Made by a program: the position numbers and the translations under genes. A stretch of DNA of 64,000 nt from Octopus bimaculoides (Eukaryota): contig NC_068981.1 of assembly GCF_001194135.2 (NCBI RefSeq), forward strand, positions 35,940,071 through 36,004,070. Reading direction: 5' to 3'. Of the stretch, positions 13,985 to 25,945 are shown piece after piece (position 1 is the first letter of the stretch; each line of letters opens with the position of its first letter). The notes below the pieces were generated by a model. It had not been told where the DNA came from, did no database searches, and saw only the letters and a list, made by a program, of their open reading frames with translations.

Positions 13985-14471
13985 CAGTGATCACTCACCA
14001 TATCATGGTTCACCTATCACACCCTCAGTATATCGCAGATTTTTCTGGCTAATATATGTAAATTTATATTGCAAACTCATCAGTATATTGCAGGTTTCTG
14101 TGGACGATAGGTATTTCTATTATTTTTGATTTTAATTATTCCTATGGTAAAATACGCATTTTCATGCCTAAAAATTAATAAATTTATAAATAAAAATACA
14201 GTACAGTACTGCACTGTATAACACATTAATTAAAATATATTAGAAGAAAATACATAGTGTACCATAGGAGAGTAAAGAAAGAATTGCACATACTGTATGG
14301 AAAATAAAACTTAAGGGGCGAGTGTGTGATATTGTTTTGCATTTATGATAAGATGAATATATACAAATTGTGAAAATAATTTTAAAAAATATACAGTACA
14401 GTACTGTCTCTACTTTACCTATCACAGGAGGTTTTGGAATGTAACATCCCTACATAGTTGAGGGATTACTG
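13985..14471. mobile_element. Tigger/pogo-type non-autonomous DNA transposon (MITE) with TA target duplication
   Basis: Left TA|CAGTGATCACTC..., right ...GAGGGATTACTG|TA (reverse complement CAGTAATCCCTC). Subterminal TATCGCAGATTTTT and CCTATCACAGG motifs and internal TACAGTACAGTACTG resemble Tigger-derived MITEs. Confidence 0.75.
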
Positions 14472-14599
14472 TATATATTTCAGTCATGTGAGTTGATAAT
14501 TTTAAAGTAAAAAAAAAACAAAAAAACTTGAAACCTACTTCTTAAAGCCCTAATGTTTTCTCATTTCTTTTATAGGTTTTGAAATTCTAATTGTGTAGT

Positions 14600-14810
14600 T
14601 AGTATTTAACATGATGACCAGACAACATAGATACTTTGCCAAATAGTGATGTAAAGAAAAATTAAGTGTAGAAGCCAAAGAGGGTTATGGAGGGCAAGGC
14701 GGGCCTGGCAGATATGGGCCTGACCTGGGAATAGCTTATGACAGGGCTTGTGACAACACTAAGTAGTGATCTCATATTGTCTAATACTTCAAGGAGAGCA
14801 GGAGGAACTA
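14600..14810 (+). mobile_element. Possible decayed RTE-like LINE C-terminal fragment
   Basis: Locally GC-rich. With frameshifts it reads KPKRVME..GLADMGLTWE*/AYDRAC, resembling the GRP..W...DL..MGL...A.DR end of RTE ORFs. Confidence 0.4.
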
Positions 14811-15506
14811 GGACTAAGATATAATCTTTATTTTTATTGGTCAGTTATTTTACTGTAATGAAACTGATTTGCTGTTAGTTAGCAATGTTCCATTATAACT
14901 GTTGTGGTTGTTTAACTCTAGATTAGACCAAATTGCTATGATTGAAGGTATTCTAACTGTGAACATCCCATCTTACTTTATTGCACAATTGTAATTCAGA
15001 CTATATATGATCTTAGTGTCCATTATTAAAGATGATAGGGTGTAGACTGAGATGTATTTGGCTACTATATCTGATAGGGAAAGAAACTGGATAGAAGTAC
15101 CTTCATTAGTTTGTGACTCTCTTAGTGAAATAGAGAAGCACTGCATCAAATACAATTCTATTGTGAAAATTTTGCACTTTAGACTGAGGGCTCAAATAGA
15201 TTAAGAGCCGTTCCAGGTACCATAAGGGAAACAAAATAAGAAGCAAACATGCATTTGCTTTATTCTAAGAATGATTAAAATAACAAAAATTGAACAATAA
15301 TTTATTCATTTATTTATTTATTTAATAATAATTTCCAAACATGATCTATGAATATGTCGAGGAAAAAACAAAATAAAAAAAGACTTGATCTTTTTGACCT
15401 CACTGATAATTTAATATCAAAAAAGTGCAATTTCATCAAAAGCTTCATCCTCAAGTTCCTTCTGTTGTTTCACAACTTTTGTTCCTATTTATAGTTTTCA
15501 TTGTCT

Positions 15507-15570
15507 GAGTTCGAAGTGATTTTTGTTCTAGTGCCATTTACTTCACTCAAACAGAAATCACTTCGAACTC
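15507..15570. other. 64-nt near-perfect hairpin (27 bp stem, 10 nt loop)
   Basis: GAGTTCGAAGTGATTTTTGTTCTAGTG pairs with CACTCAAACAGAAATCACTTCGAACTC: 24 Watson-Crick pairs, 1 G-U and 2 adjacent mismatches on the + strand. Confidence 0.95.
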
Positions 15571-17680
15571 CATAAAAGTGTGAACATGGAATGATTAGAA
15601 TTTCTCCGCATTTGATTGGTTGGATAGTTAATCGAAAGCCAGAGGTCATAACATTGTATTTTTATACTTTTTTGACCTGTCCAACGATTTTCACATAAAT
15701 ATTTCTTGTTCTGCTATCATTTTAACTCTGGGCTTCAGAAGTACTTTAAAACAATTACTGATTAAAATTCTTTAAACTTTTTTTTTCCCCCAAATATTTT
15801 CTAATAATATCAAAAGGATATTTTTTTGTTAAATGAAATCTGCTAAAATTTGTATTTTAGCAGAAAACAAAATGTATTTTATTTAAAGCACTAAAATTAA
15901 TGTGGCAGTGTACAGTTAGAGAAATATAACAATATATAGTCACAGAAATTTTAAATGCTTGATTTACTTTGTAGTACTAAGTAAATAGAAAAAGTTATTT
16001 TTGTAAATGGGCACTTCTGTATTTATTCCTTAGATTCTCTAAGCTTTAACGAATCTGTTTTTAGTATTTGTAGGTATTTCTTCTCATACTTCCATAAGTT
16101 TACTTTTGACTAATGGCCAAAAAGTCAAAGATTCAAATATTACCTTCAGTTTTGTGTTATATTTATGACTAAATACTGAATTCTCACTGATATGGTTCAC
16201 ATTGCTGTAAACTTTGAGCACTCATGCCTTTTGTAAGGAATGGAAACACTGTAAAATTAATTATTGTTTGATTATCTTGCAGTTCAGTGTTCATGTCAAC
16301 CATAGGACTGGAAAAATCTGCTCAGTTTCAGATCATAATGTCCAATCTTCCTAATCAGTTTTATTAGTAAAATTCCAATTCTGATCCAGATTACCTATAA
16401 TAGCAGGTAAACAACAGTCTATCCATCATTAAGCTCATCTTGTTCAGGCATCTATCCCCAGATGAAAATATCCTATGCATCTATGATGTTTACACACTTC
16501 TAACAAGCTGTTATTCAGGGATCCTCTATTTCATTTTTTTTTTGCACATATTGTAGCACTCTTTCTTTCTGGTACTTACAAGTTTATATTACTTCTTAAT
16601 GTCATATAAACTATGCTTTGAAAAAACTCCTTGCATCTATGTACTCAACAATTTATAACAATTTAATAATTTTTCTAACCTTCTGGGGTCCTGAAGATAA
16701 AGTACCAGTCAAATAATGAGTTCAATATAATTGATTGCATCCCTCTCTCAAATGCCTATATTAGAAATCAGTATCAATGAAAGTACCCTCCGTCAATGCT
16801 ATTACATTCATTGCTACTCTGTTACTACAATCAATGTTTTATTCAGATATTATTCACTGTCTACATTCTTATTCCCACACTTGGATATATCTTTACTCAA
16901 GCTGATTCTTTGTATCCTGCAGGAAATCAGAATTAAACTGATCTCCACTGTGTCACATGAACAGACTAAAAATGGCCGAATCTTACAAGATTTTCATTGA
17001 ATTGAATTATTTCAAGGCTTTAATATGTAGAATGTAATGGATTCAAGAAATTAGATTTGGATAAGAAATGTCAGAATAAATCTGATAGCAATGGCAAGTT
17101 TGCTTTGGACAAAATCCTTTTGCTAGCTTTAATTTGTTATCAGGCTTTCAAGTTCTTATCCTGAACATAACTTATAAATTGACATATATGTTACTGCTGC
17201 TTTTACTGCTATCACTGTTGTGGCTGTTTGTTATTGTGGTTACAGTTGTTGTTGTAGCTAATGCTGCTGCTGTTGCTGCTGTTGAAATTGTACTTCCTAA
17301 TATAGACGTTATTATTTCTCTGAAGGTGTAATAGTTGTTGCAAATTGTTGTTGCAACTTTTGTAGCAATTGTTGTTGCAGCTTTTTGATGTTATTATAGA
17401 AATCATTATCACCACCACCACCACCAACAACAACAACAGCAACAGCAACAACAACACCACTTTATAATAATAATAATAATAATGATGATGATAATATACT
17501 ACATGAACACACACACCTTACTACCAACAACGATAAAAACTAAATAAAACTAAATGACATAAAAAAGGATGTTTTTTCATACACATACACACACATACAT
17601 ATTATTTACATATATATTTACATATATGCATGTATATACATACATATTTACATATACACTCACTCAAACACACACACATG

Positions 17681-17727
<47 letters not shown>

Positions 17728-17829
17728 ATAAATGTACTCTTACACATACTATGCAAACACCAAAGTTACATTAAGTATATATATGTAAGGGTAAAATATA
17801 ACTGGCATGTTATTAGACTGTTCCTTTAG

Positions 17830-17960
17830 TGATAGAGCCCTAAAGGATGTTTGGCTCAGTGCCAGTAATGAATTCTCTGAGAACACTGCTTGCTTCAGAA
17901 CTGGTTCCACTGAAGCTTTTGATTATAATAGGGCAAATCACTTTGGACACCTTTCAACAA
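17830..17960 (+). CDS. Candidate internal coding exon (131 nt, phase 2 to 1), unknown protein
   Basis: Acceptor GACTGTTCCTTTAG, donor ACAA|GTATGT. One frame is open across it: DRALKDVWLSASNEFSENTACFRTGSTEAFDYNRANHFGHLST. Non-repetitive and more GC-rich than the flanks. No family recognised. Confidence 0.45.
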
Positions 17961-18226
17961 GTATGTATGAAGTGTGCACTGGTGTCATTTCGATCTTACT
18001 GCTGGTGTTCTTGCTATTATTGCAGCAACCACCACCACCACCACCACCACCGCCACCATAACTACTATTATTGCTACTGCTGCTTCTACCATCACTACCA
18101 CCAATGATAATTCTTTATTTGAAATTATGAAATCCCAAGAACTCCTAAAATCAGAAAATTTCTTGAGTGAACGAAGTGCCACAATTGGAAAAATTCCAGA
18201 AAGCACATAGGAAAATTCCTGGGTTA

Positions 18227-18276
<50 letters not shown>

Positions 18277-18696
18277 GCTGTTGTAGGCCATACGTTGAGC
18301 CATCAGCTGTTGGGTTTCACCGCACACACTTTCTACACAAACACTTGTATGTTTCATAACCTTTTAATAATGACAAAGTAATTACAGACTGTGAGCTTAC
18401 CAATCATTTATTCTCACACTGTGATCATTGATGCTACAACTACTGATTCAAGAGTTCCTGCACAAGATGAAGCTGTTGTGTTTGGTGTTGCATTTGTCTT
18501 CATTTTATAAGCAGTGATAATTTTGTTTTAGAACAGATATTGAAAGTACAATACAAAGTATTATTTTAATATTCATTCTCAATTTCAAATGAGATGGTTG
18601 TAAGTATAACATTTGTAGTGTTTTACTTTATCTCTGGCTTCCTTAATGCTGCAGTCACTGCTATTGCTATCATCAAAGTCATTATTGTCACACTCA

Positions 18697-18915
18697 AGGC
18701 GGTGAGCTGGCAGAATTGTTAGCATGTTGGGCAAAATGCTTAGCGGTATTTCGTCTGCTACTACATTCTGAGTTCAAACTCCACCGAGGTCGACTTTGCT
18801 TTTTATCCTTTCAGGGTCAATAAATTAAGTACCAGTTATGTACTGGTTCAATCTAATCGACTGACTCCCTCCCCCCAAATTTCAGGCCTTGTGTCTACAA
18901 TAGAAAGGATTATTG
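18697..18915 (+). mobile_element. tRNA-derived SINE, family A, best-preserved copy
   Basis: Head GGCGGTGAGCTGGCAGAATTGTTAGCA (A-box-like) and GAGTTCAAACTCC (B-box-like). Core GTCGACTTTGCTTTTTATCCTTTCAGGGTCAATAAATTAAGTACCAG. Short AT-rich tail. Many related copies in the window. Confidence 0.85.
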
Positions 18916-19164
18916 TTGCTCTTATTATCATTGTTCTAACATACTTTTCCGTGCTTGCATGGGGCAATCAAAATTCATTAGAGTAGATTTGTTTTGGCTA
19001 CATTCCCTTCCTATTGCCAAACATCATCTGTTTTCAAGTAAGGTAATATTTCCCCAAATGTTTCTTACATGGACATCAGATCTCACAGGTGATTGCAAGT
19101 AAATAATCTGATATTTTAAAAATAGTATTGCTCATTTACAACCAGCATGGAATTTCAAGACAAC

Positions 19165-19345
19165 ATGAACACACACATGTACACAAAGGATTTCTGTCCG
19201 TTTTTGTTCACATCTGCTCACAAAACCTTCATTGACCTAAGGCTATAGTAGAAGACACTTGCCCATGATGCCATGCAGTGAGTTTGTAGCCATAATCACA
19301 GGGTTACAAAGTGATCTTCTTAACTACACAGCCATGCCAGTGCCT
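19165..19345 (-). mobile_element. Family B SINE
   Basis: CTAAGGCTATAGTAGAAGACACTTGCCCATGATGCCATGCAGTG...CTACACAGCCATGCC matches the 45585 copy. Confidence 0.75.
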
Positions 19346-20104
19346 GTGTATTTGTATGGGTGTAAAATTATGTAATTTAAAATTTAAAACATTTCTAGTC
19401 CTAAACATCTCAGATAAAGCATATTAATATGTACCGAGGCTGAGGCTGAAGCCGCCGCCGCCGCCACAGCCACCACCACCACCACAACAACAACAACTTC
19501 AATCATCAATACTTCAGCTATACTTACATGCAATGATATGTTAGAATAACAAACGACAACCTACTCAGTAGTTCTTGTATATTGCTTTTGGAAAATACAT
19601 TTTTATAGATATCTTTATACAGCAAGGAAGAACTATATCTTTGTGTGTGTGTGTGTTTGTGCACATAATATTTGTATGTTATTTGTGTGTGTTACTGTGT
19701 GAATGTGTGTACATCATTATTTGTGTGTGTGTGAATGTTATTATTTATGTGTGTGTGTGTGTATGTGTGTGCCATTGTTTGAGTGTAATGAATGCTGTAA
19801 GCTGAAAATGCACTTTAGTATGTATTGAGGAACCTATGAATTGTAGACAAAATATCAAACTATATGCAGAATATAAAATATTGATAGAATATTTTGAATC
19901 AGTAGACTTCTTGGAAGCATGTTGTTAGTCTCTGGATATTAGAATATGCTAAATTTTATCATGCAAACTAGCACATGTGCACGCACATGCAGGCACACAC
20001 ACATACACATTGTCTCAATGTATAACTTTATAAAAAAACGTGTGTGAGCGTGTGTATGTCAGTGTTTGAGTGTGTATGTGTTTATATATGTGTATTATAT
20101 AGTA

Positions 20105-20140
<36 letters not shown>

Positions 20141-20376
20141 GCAACAACAATAACAGTGAGTGTATTGTATATAGTGCTCAGGTGTTCTACAAGTCATTGG
20201 AAAAGAGAAAACGGGACAGAAAGCAATAAGTCAAGTAAAATAGACAGCAATATTAGCCAAAAGTACACACCAGAGAATATGAGTGAAAAGTAAAAGAACT
20301 ACAAAGAGGATAGGGTTCATTGCCACGTTAGGAGTAGTTTTGTTGAATTTTGGGAAGTATGGAATTTTTTAAGGAG

Positions 20377-20442
<66 letters not shown>

Positions 20443-20448
20443 GTGTGT
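20377..20448 (+). repeat. (GT)n microsatellite, representative of many (CA/GT)n, (TA)n and (TAA)n arrays in the window
   Basis: Direct reading. Others at e.g. 466-510, 3569-3632, 11375-11420, 25825-25885, 46919-46968, 57097-57150, 62399-62681. Confidence 0.98.
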
Positions 20449-20451
20449 GAA

Positions 20452-20625
20452 GGTTCATGGCCTAGCGGTTAGGGCTTTGCACTCACAATTATAAGATCAT
20501 AGTTTCAATTCCTAGGCCAGTGGTGCATTGTGTTTGTGAATGAAACATCTCCTTTCATGTTACTCTAGTCCACTGAGCTGTGAATGCGTAACTCTGCAAT
20601 AGACTGGTATTCTGTTTTAGGGAGA
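20452..20625 (+). mobile_element. tRNA-headed SINE-like element (distinct family) following a long (GT)n
   Basis: TGGCCTAGCGGTTAGGGC is A-box-like and AGTTTCAATTCC is B-box-like with tRNA-like spacing, but there is no intact cloverleaf. Confidence 0.6.
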
Positions 20626-21698
20626 CTATCATCAGTCTGTCTGCCAAGTGGCATCATTCGAAAATTTTAGCAATACAAGAAAGCACATTGTGACCAGTGA
20701 TGTACAACACACATGCATGCCTACCTTTCTGAAGGTTGTAAATGTGAAACTAGTAGATGAATTACTGGAGTTCCATAAAAGTTATTAAGTCAAAAACTAT
20801 ATGCTCTGCATCTTGTATAAAATGAATTTCCTTATAGCTTATGAATATAAACATCTGCATAATTACATATATTTTGTGGATATCAGGTTAGTACAATTAT
20901 TTGGGATATTAGCAAGGAGTATTGGAATAGATTAATGACAAAAACAAGCAAATGAATGGTTGTGTGAACACTCAAACAGAAGAATAAATGACAACATATA
21001 ACAGAATAATTGTTGGCTTGGAAACTTCTTACTGGTCTAAATTGTATTTTTTAATCTGTGAGCACTTTTGAGTTATGCAACTCTTCACCAGATGGACTGA
21101 CTTATGCTTAAATCAATAAGATGGATATTTGAAATGAGGGATTGCATACCTTTAATGCTATTTATTTTCACATATTTAATTCTTCTCTGCAGTTCAAAAC
21201 TGACTACACATGCATACATATAAAAGCTTCCTAGCATGTCATTCCTCCACACTATAGTTTTACTGTTTCATTAAGACCCCCAAAACACCTGTGACTTTGG
21301 ATAGCTAAAAATTTACCCAATTATCACAAATCTACACCAAATCTGCACTTCAGAAAATGAAGTGACTATTCTTGTGGATACTCAAACAAGCACATGGTAC
21401 ATGTACCAACATACATGGAGAGCAGCTGTTACAAACTGTCACAAGAAACATAAGTGCACTATAAGTATGGTTTCAGCTTACATGTGCACACCACTAGTAT
21501 ACATAATCTAATTAGTTCACCTGATTGAAAGTGGACACAAACAGACACCTTCTCACAAGCTTACCAGAGGTATGCCAATACATTTTTTACATATCCAGTG
21601 GCACTCTAGTGGCCTTCTAGTGGGATACAGATGAAGGATTGATTAAAGTACTGTCTAAGGAGTTTTGAAATACACACATGTTTATGTGCATGTGTGAC

Positions 21699-21866
21699 TA
21701 CACTCTTTGAGTGGTTGGCGTTAGGAAGGGCATCCAGCTGTAGAAACTCTGCCAAATTTAGATTGGAGCCTGGTGTTGCCATCCGGTTTCACCAGTCCTC
21801 AGTCAAATCGTCCAACCCATGCTAGCATGGAAAGTGGACGTTAAACGATGATGATGATGATGATGA
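21699..21866 (+). mobile_element. RTE-associated 3' UTR/SINE tail, well preserved
   Basis: GAGTGGTTGGCGTTAGGAAGGGCATCCAGCTGTAGAAAC...CCAACCCATGCTAGCATGGAAAGTGGACGTTAAACGATGATGAT has the same tail as the RTE copy at 52868. Other copies: ~1830-1870(-), ~18940-19050(-), ~25190-25310(+), ~28735-28960(-), ~33960-34150(+), ~39335-39555(+), 51356-51400(+). Confidence 0.85.
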
Positions 21867-21867
21867 T

Positions 21868-22243
21868 ATAAGTCAGTAAATAGTGGGGTTGTGTTAACCA
21901 CACGTGGAGAAATAATAGGAAAATGAAAAATAATAATAAGGCAGAATGCTAAACTGGAAGCAAATTTTTAAGAAGAGGGAGAATGAAAATGTTTTTTTAC
22001 AAAGAAGTACAAAATGAAGAAAATAATATATAAAAAAAATAATATATAAAAAAATAAATATACCAATACATTATATTGTCTTTGAGCTTTTGAAGTTCAA
22101 TGGTAGTTCATGTATATAATGGTTGGAAAAATAAGGATGCATGAGAATTGAGAGTTGTGTTAGGTTTAAAATAAGGGTTAAAAGTTTGTGTTAAGCAGGA
22201 AGTGTGGTGTCAAAACAGGAAGTGTGTATAAGGGGAGACAAAT
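21868..22243 (+). repeat. Unclassified ~380 bp repeat, copy 1 of an inverted pair
   Basis: Reverse complement of 51644-52052 along its length (ATAAGTCAGTAAATAGTGGGG...GGGGAGACAAAT). Confidence 0.95.
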
Positions 22244-22877
22244 GTTGTCAAGAATAGCATTTAGAAGTGGCTAAAATATATTTCTAAATTGCATTACAAA
22301 TTGTTCAATTGTGTACATTAAATATGCACGCATTTTAATGTGTTTTGAATACAGAACACTTGCCCTGAAAAACTCTTGAGTAGTAAATTACATCTAATGA
22401 AACAAATTTGAATTTAAAGTGAATTTAACAGCTTTGTGTGTTATTAAGTGTCTGCAATGGCTCTTCCAAGGTGTAGTTGCTTCGGTTTCAACATAGTCTC
22501 AGATCAAGTCAATTGCTAAGCAAGTACATTTGCCAAATATATTGATTTCACAATGGGAAGTATATATACACTCTGCTAACATACTGTTAAATTTTCTCTT
22601 CCATCAACCTTTAGACAATCAATATAAAATTAGCAACAAAAAAATTGAAGAGAAAACTACAAGTGTTTGAGGAAACTAGTAATGGTCTGCATCATCAAAA
22701 GTTGTTAATAAAATTTGTAAAATGATTTAAGTTCCAAAGTTATATTGTGAGGGGAGATGAGTTTAAATAAAAAAAATTTTTGTAACAAGGCTTTTTTTGT
22801 AGAAATGAAGCAGCGTATGTTAAATCTCCATCAGACTTCTGCAGCCAAAACGTCAGAACTTATTCTTGTCATGGTTC

Positions 22878-22908
<31 letters not shown>

Positions 22909-22909
<1 letters not shown>

Positions 22910-23642
22910 TATAATTAAGGGTCTCTAAAAGATACCACCATGCTAGATATAGCAGCCAAAACTTGACTCTAAGACCACATTAAATGTTCATAATGCACCA
23001 GGAGAGAAGACAAAGAGACAAAATAAACTAGCAAAAAATTATTGGATAATTCCAGAAATGCTTTGCCTCATCAGTGGAATACACACAAAATAGTACATAA
23101 ATACAAATACATATATATACAACATATGAATACTTACATATACGCATATATACATGCATATATGCACATATGCACACGACCAGTTTAAATTGCCTGCCTA
23201 AACTCCTCGTGCAATATGGTCAAAATACAACTATAATGACGAAGTAAATATATAAATTTATATAAATAAGGATAAGATCATTATTTAAAATACCGATCAT
23301 ATCAAGTGGCTAGCATGGGAGTAAAAACCTTACAGGTAATAATTATTTTGTGTGTATTCCACTGATGAGGCAAAGCATTTCTTATGCAAAGCCAGGAATC
23401 TGGGATCTGGAATTATTTATTAGTTTTTTGCTAGTTTATTTTGTCTCTTTGTCCTCTCTCCTGGTGCTGTATGAACATTTAATGTGGTTTTAGAGTTAAG
23501 TTTTGGCTGCTATATCTAGTATTGTGGTATCTTTTAGGTATCCTTAATTATAATTTTAATAATAATTATTACCTATGAGGTTTTTATTCCCATGGTAGCC
23601 ACTTGATATGATCGGTATTTTAAATAACGATCTTATCCTTAT
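22909..23642. repeat. Nested inverted-repeat structure A-spacer-B-A'-B' between (TA)n runs (Penelope pLTR-like or MITE)
   Basis: 22909-23092 is the reverse complement of 23344-23553, which carries ~26 extra nt. 23266-23347 is the reverse complement of 23561-23642. Confidence 0.9.
23356..23413 (+). ncRNA. Degenerate minimal type I hammerhead ribozyme-like motif
   Basis: ATTCCA-CTGATGA-GGC(aaaGCATttcttATGCaaa)GCC-AGGAA-TC-TGG-GA-TC-TGGAAT: 6 bp stem I, intact CUGAUGA, stem II, mutated GAAA, tiny stem III. Confidence 0.45.
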
Positions 23643-23656
23643 ATATATATATATAT

Positions 23657-24319
23657 NNNNNNNNNNNNNNNNNNNNNNNNNNNNNNNNNNNNNNNNNNNN
23701 NNNNNNNNNNNNNNNNNNNNNNNNNNNNNNNNNNNNNNNNNNNNNNNNNNNNNNNNNNNNNNNNNNNNNNNNNNNNNNNNNNNNNNNNNNNNNNNNNNNN
23801 NNNNNNNNNNNNNNNNNNNNNNNNNNNNNNNNNNNNNNNNNNNNNNNNNNNNNNNNNNNNNNNNNNNNNNNNNNNNNNNNNNNNNNNNNNNNNNNNNNNN
23901 NNNNNNNNNNNNNNNNNNNNNNNNNNNNNNNNNNNNNNNNNNNNNNNNNNNNNNNNNNNNNNNNNNNNNNNNNNNNNNNNNNNNNNNNNNNNNNNNNNNN
24001 NNNNNNNNNNNNNNNNNNNNNNNNNNNNNNNNNNNNNNNNNNNNNNNNNNNNNNNNNNNNNNNNNNNNNNNNNNNNNNNNNNNNNNNNNNNNNNNNNNNN
24101 NNNNNNNNNNNNNNNNNNNNNNNNNNNNNNNNNNNNNNNNNNNNNNNNNNNNNNNNNNNNNNNNNNNNNNNNNNNNNNNNNNNNNNNNNNNNNNNNNNNN
24201 NNNNNNNNNNNNNNNNNNNNNNNNNNNNNNNNNNNNNNNNNNNNNNNNNNNNNNNNNNNNNNNNNNNNNNNNNNNNNNNNNNNNNNNNNNNNNNNNNNNN
24301 NNNNNNNNNNNNNNNNNNN
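23657..24319. other. Assembly gap; other gaps at 27052-27107, 31082-31533, 51423-51432, 52256-52867, 62458-62623
   Basis: Runs of N. Most are flanked by (TA)n, typical of short-read assembly breaks. Confidence 1.
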
Positions 24320-24386
<67 letters not shown>

Positions 24387-24835
24387 CTGTATGTTGTTGG
24401 CACGTATTTGATGCAACACTGATGACCAAACTGATGGGGGTAGTAGTTGCTACGTGGTTGCCAGGTTGTATGCTGTTCTTGACAGTATATTTTTTGTTTG
24501 TGCCCAAGGCTCTTAACTCTCAAATGTCCCAGTCATTAACCTAACTGTAAATTGATATTAACGAGGATGCACTGCAGAATTGATGTGTATTTCATTAGTT
24601 TCCAGTTATTATTTCAAATGATACAGTGACGAAAGCTTGGAAGATGAAGAATTCATTGTTACCCCTATGACCTCCACAAAGGGTAAAGAGGCTGACTAAT
24701 GGAGTCGTCAATAAGTTTAAATGTTATGCATACACTCTGAAATGTAGGAACTTGTAGAACTAGTTTCTATATGCTCAAACATAATAACTAAACTCCCTTG
24801 AAACACACACATGTACATGCACACATGTGAGTGTG

Positions 24836-24872
<37 letters not shown>

Positions 24873-24904
24873 AAGTGTGTGTGTGTGTGTGTGGCTATAC
24901 GTAC

Positions 24905-25065
24905 AGGTGTGACTGTATCATTAGGAAGTTTGCTTCCCAACCACATGGTTTCATGTTCAGTCCCACTGCATAGTACCTTGGACAAATGTTTTCTGCTATA
25001 GAGCCAAGCCAGTTAAAGCCTTATGAGTGGATTTGGTAGAAGGAAACTAAAAAATGCCCCATCAT
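24905..25065 (+). mobile_element. tRNA-derived SINE, family B
   Basis: GAAGTTTGCTTCCCAACCACATGGTTTCATGTTCAGTCCCACTGCATAGTACCTTGGACAAATG...GTGGATTTGGTAGAAGGAAACTAAAA. Reverse copies at ~19165-19345, ~45585-45735 and ~61690-61830. Confidence 0.8.
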
Positions 25066-25319
25066 GTGTGTGTGAGTAAGTATGTGGGTGTGTTTATTAG
25101 CGTGAGATTTTAGTTCTCAATTTTACATGTGTTTGCTTCTTGATTGTTATCAGTGACTTCATTAACGGAATTATTTGCTTGCAGTCCAGACCGTTTGTTG
25201 CTCAATAGATGAGAAGATTATTACCTCACTTGGAAACAGGTGAGACCTGATGAAAGGAAGGTCATCTGTCCATAAAAAACTCTGCCCCAACAGATGTTTG
25301 AAAAGTAGATCTGAAAATG

Positions 25320-25817
25320 ATATTTTCAAACCTGTTACCATGTCACTGAAAGGTTTAAATGAATGTTTCTCCTACTCCTACACCTTCTCTTAGTTCATTT
25401 ACCCATTTCTTTACCTGCAACTCTCTTCCCACCTCATCTTTTCCTTTCACCTCACTTTTGACTTCATCCACTTCATCTTTTCATTCCCTTCCTTTTTCTT
25501 TCTACATCTCTCACTCTGTTTCTCTCTTTCACCAGATTCTGTTCCCTAATGAAGCTCTTGTGGTCTGATATTCCTTATGAGTTGCAACGAGTTTTCTTAA
25601 CTTAAAGGATAGAAAACTCTATTGCTCCTCATTTGTTGTGTCAACTTTTCCATGAAGAAGGACTGTTTAATATAGAATTTCCACTTCCTATGACAAGTTC
25701 ACTGTTGTAGGGTATGGAAAATATTATAGAGAGTACTCTTTTTATTGATTTTTCCTAAATGATATCTAAGTCTTGCTAATGCAGACCAACACCAGTCTCC
25801 TTGGAGTGTATTTCATG

Positions 25818-25890
<73 letters not shown>

Positions 25891-25904
25891 CATGTACCAC
25901 GCAC

Positions 25905-25945
<41 letters not shown>

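Noticed and set aside
20452-20520. Functional tRNA gene
   Set aside because: A/B boxes are present but no cloverleaf folds; it continues into SINE-like body sequence.
25177-25231. Apparent exon ending AACAG|GTGAG
   Set aside because: The donor lies in a repeat whose reverse copy is at ~19000-19050.
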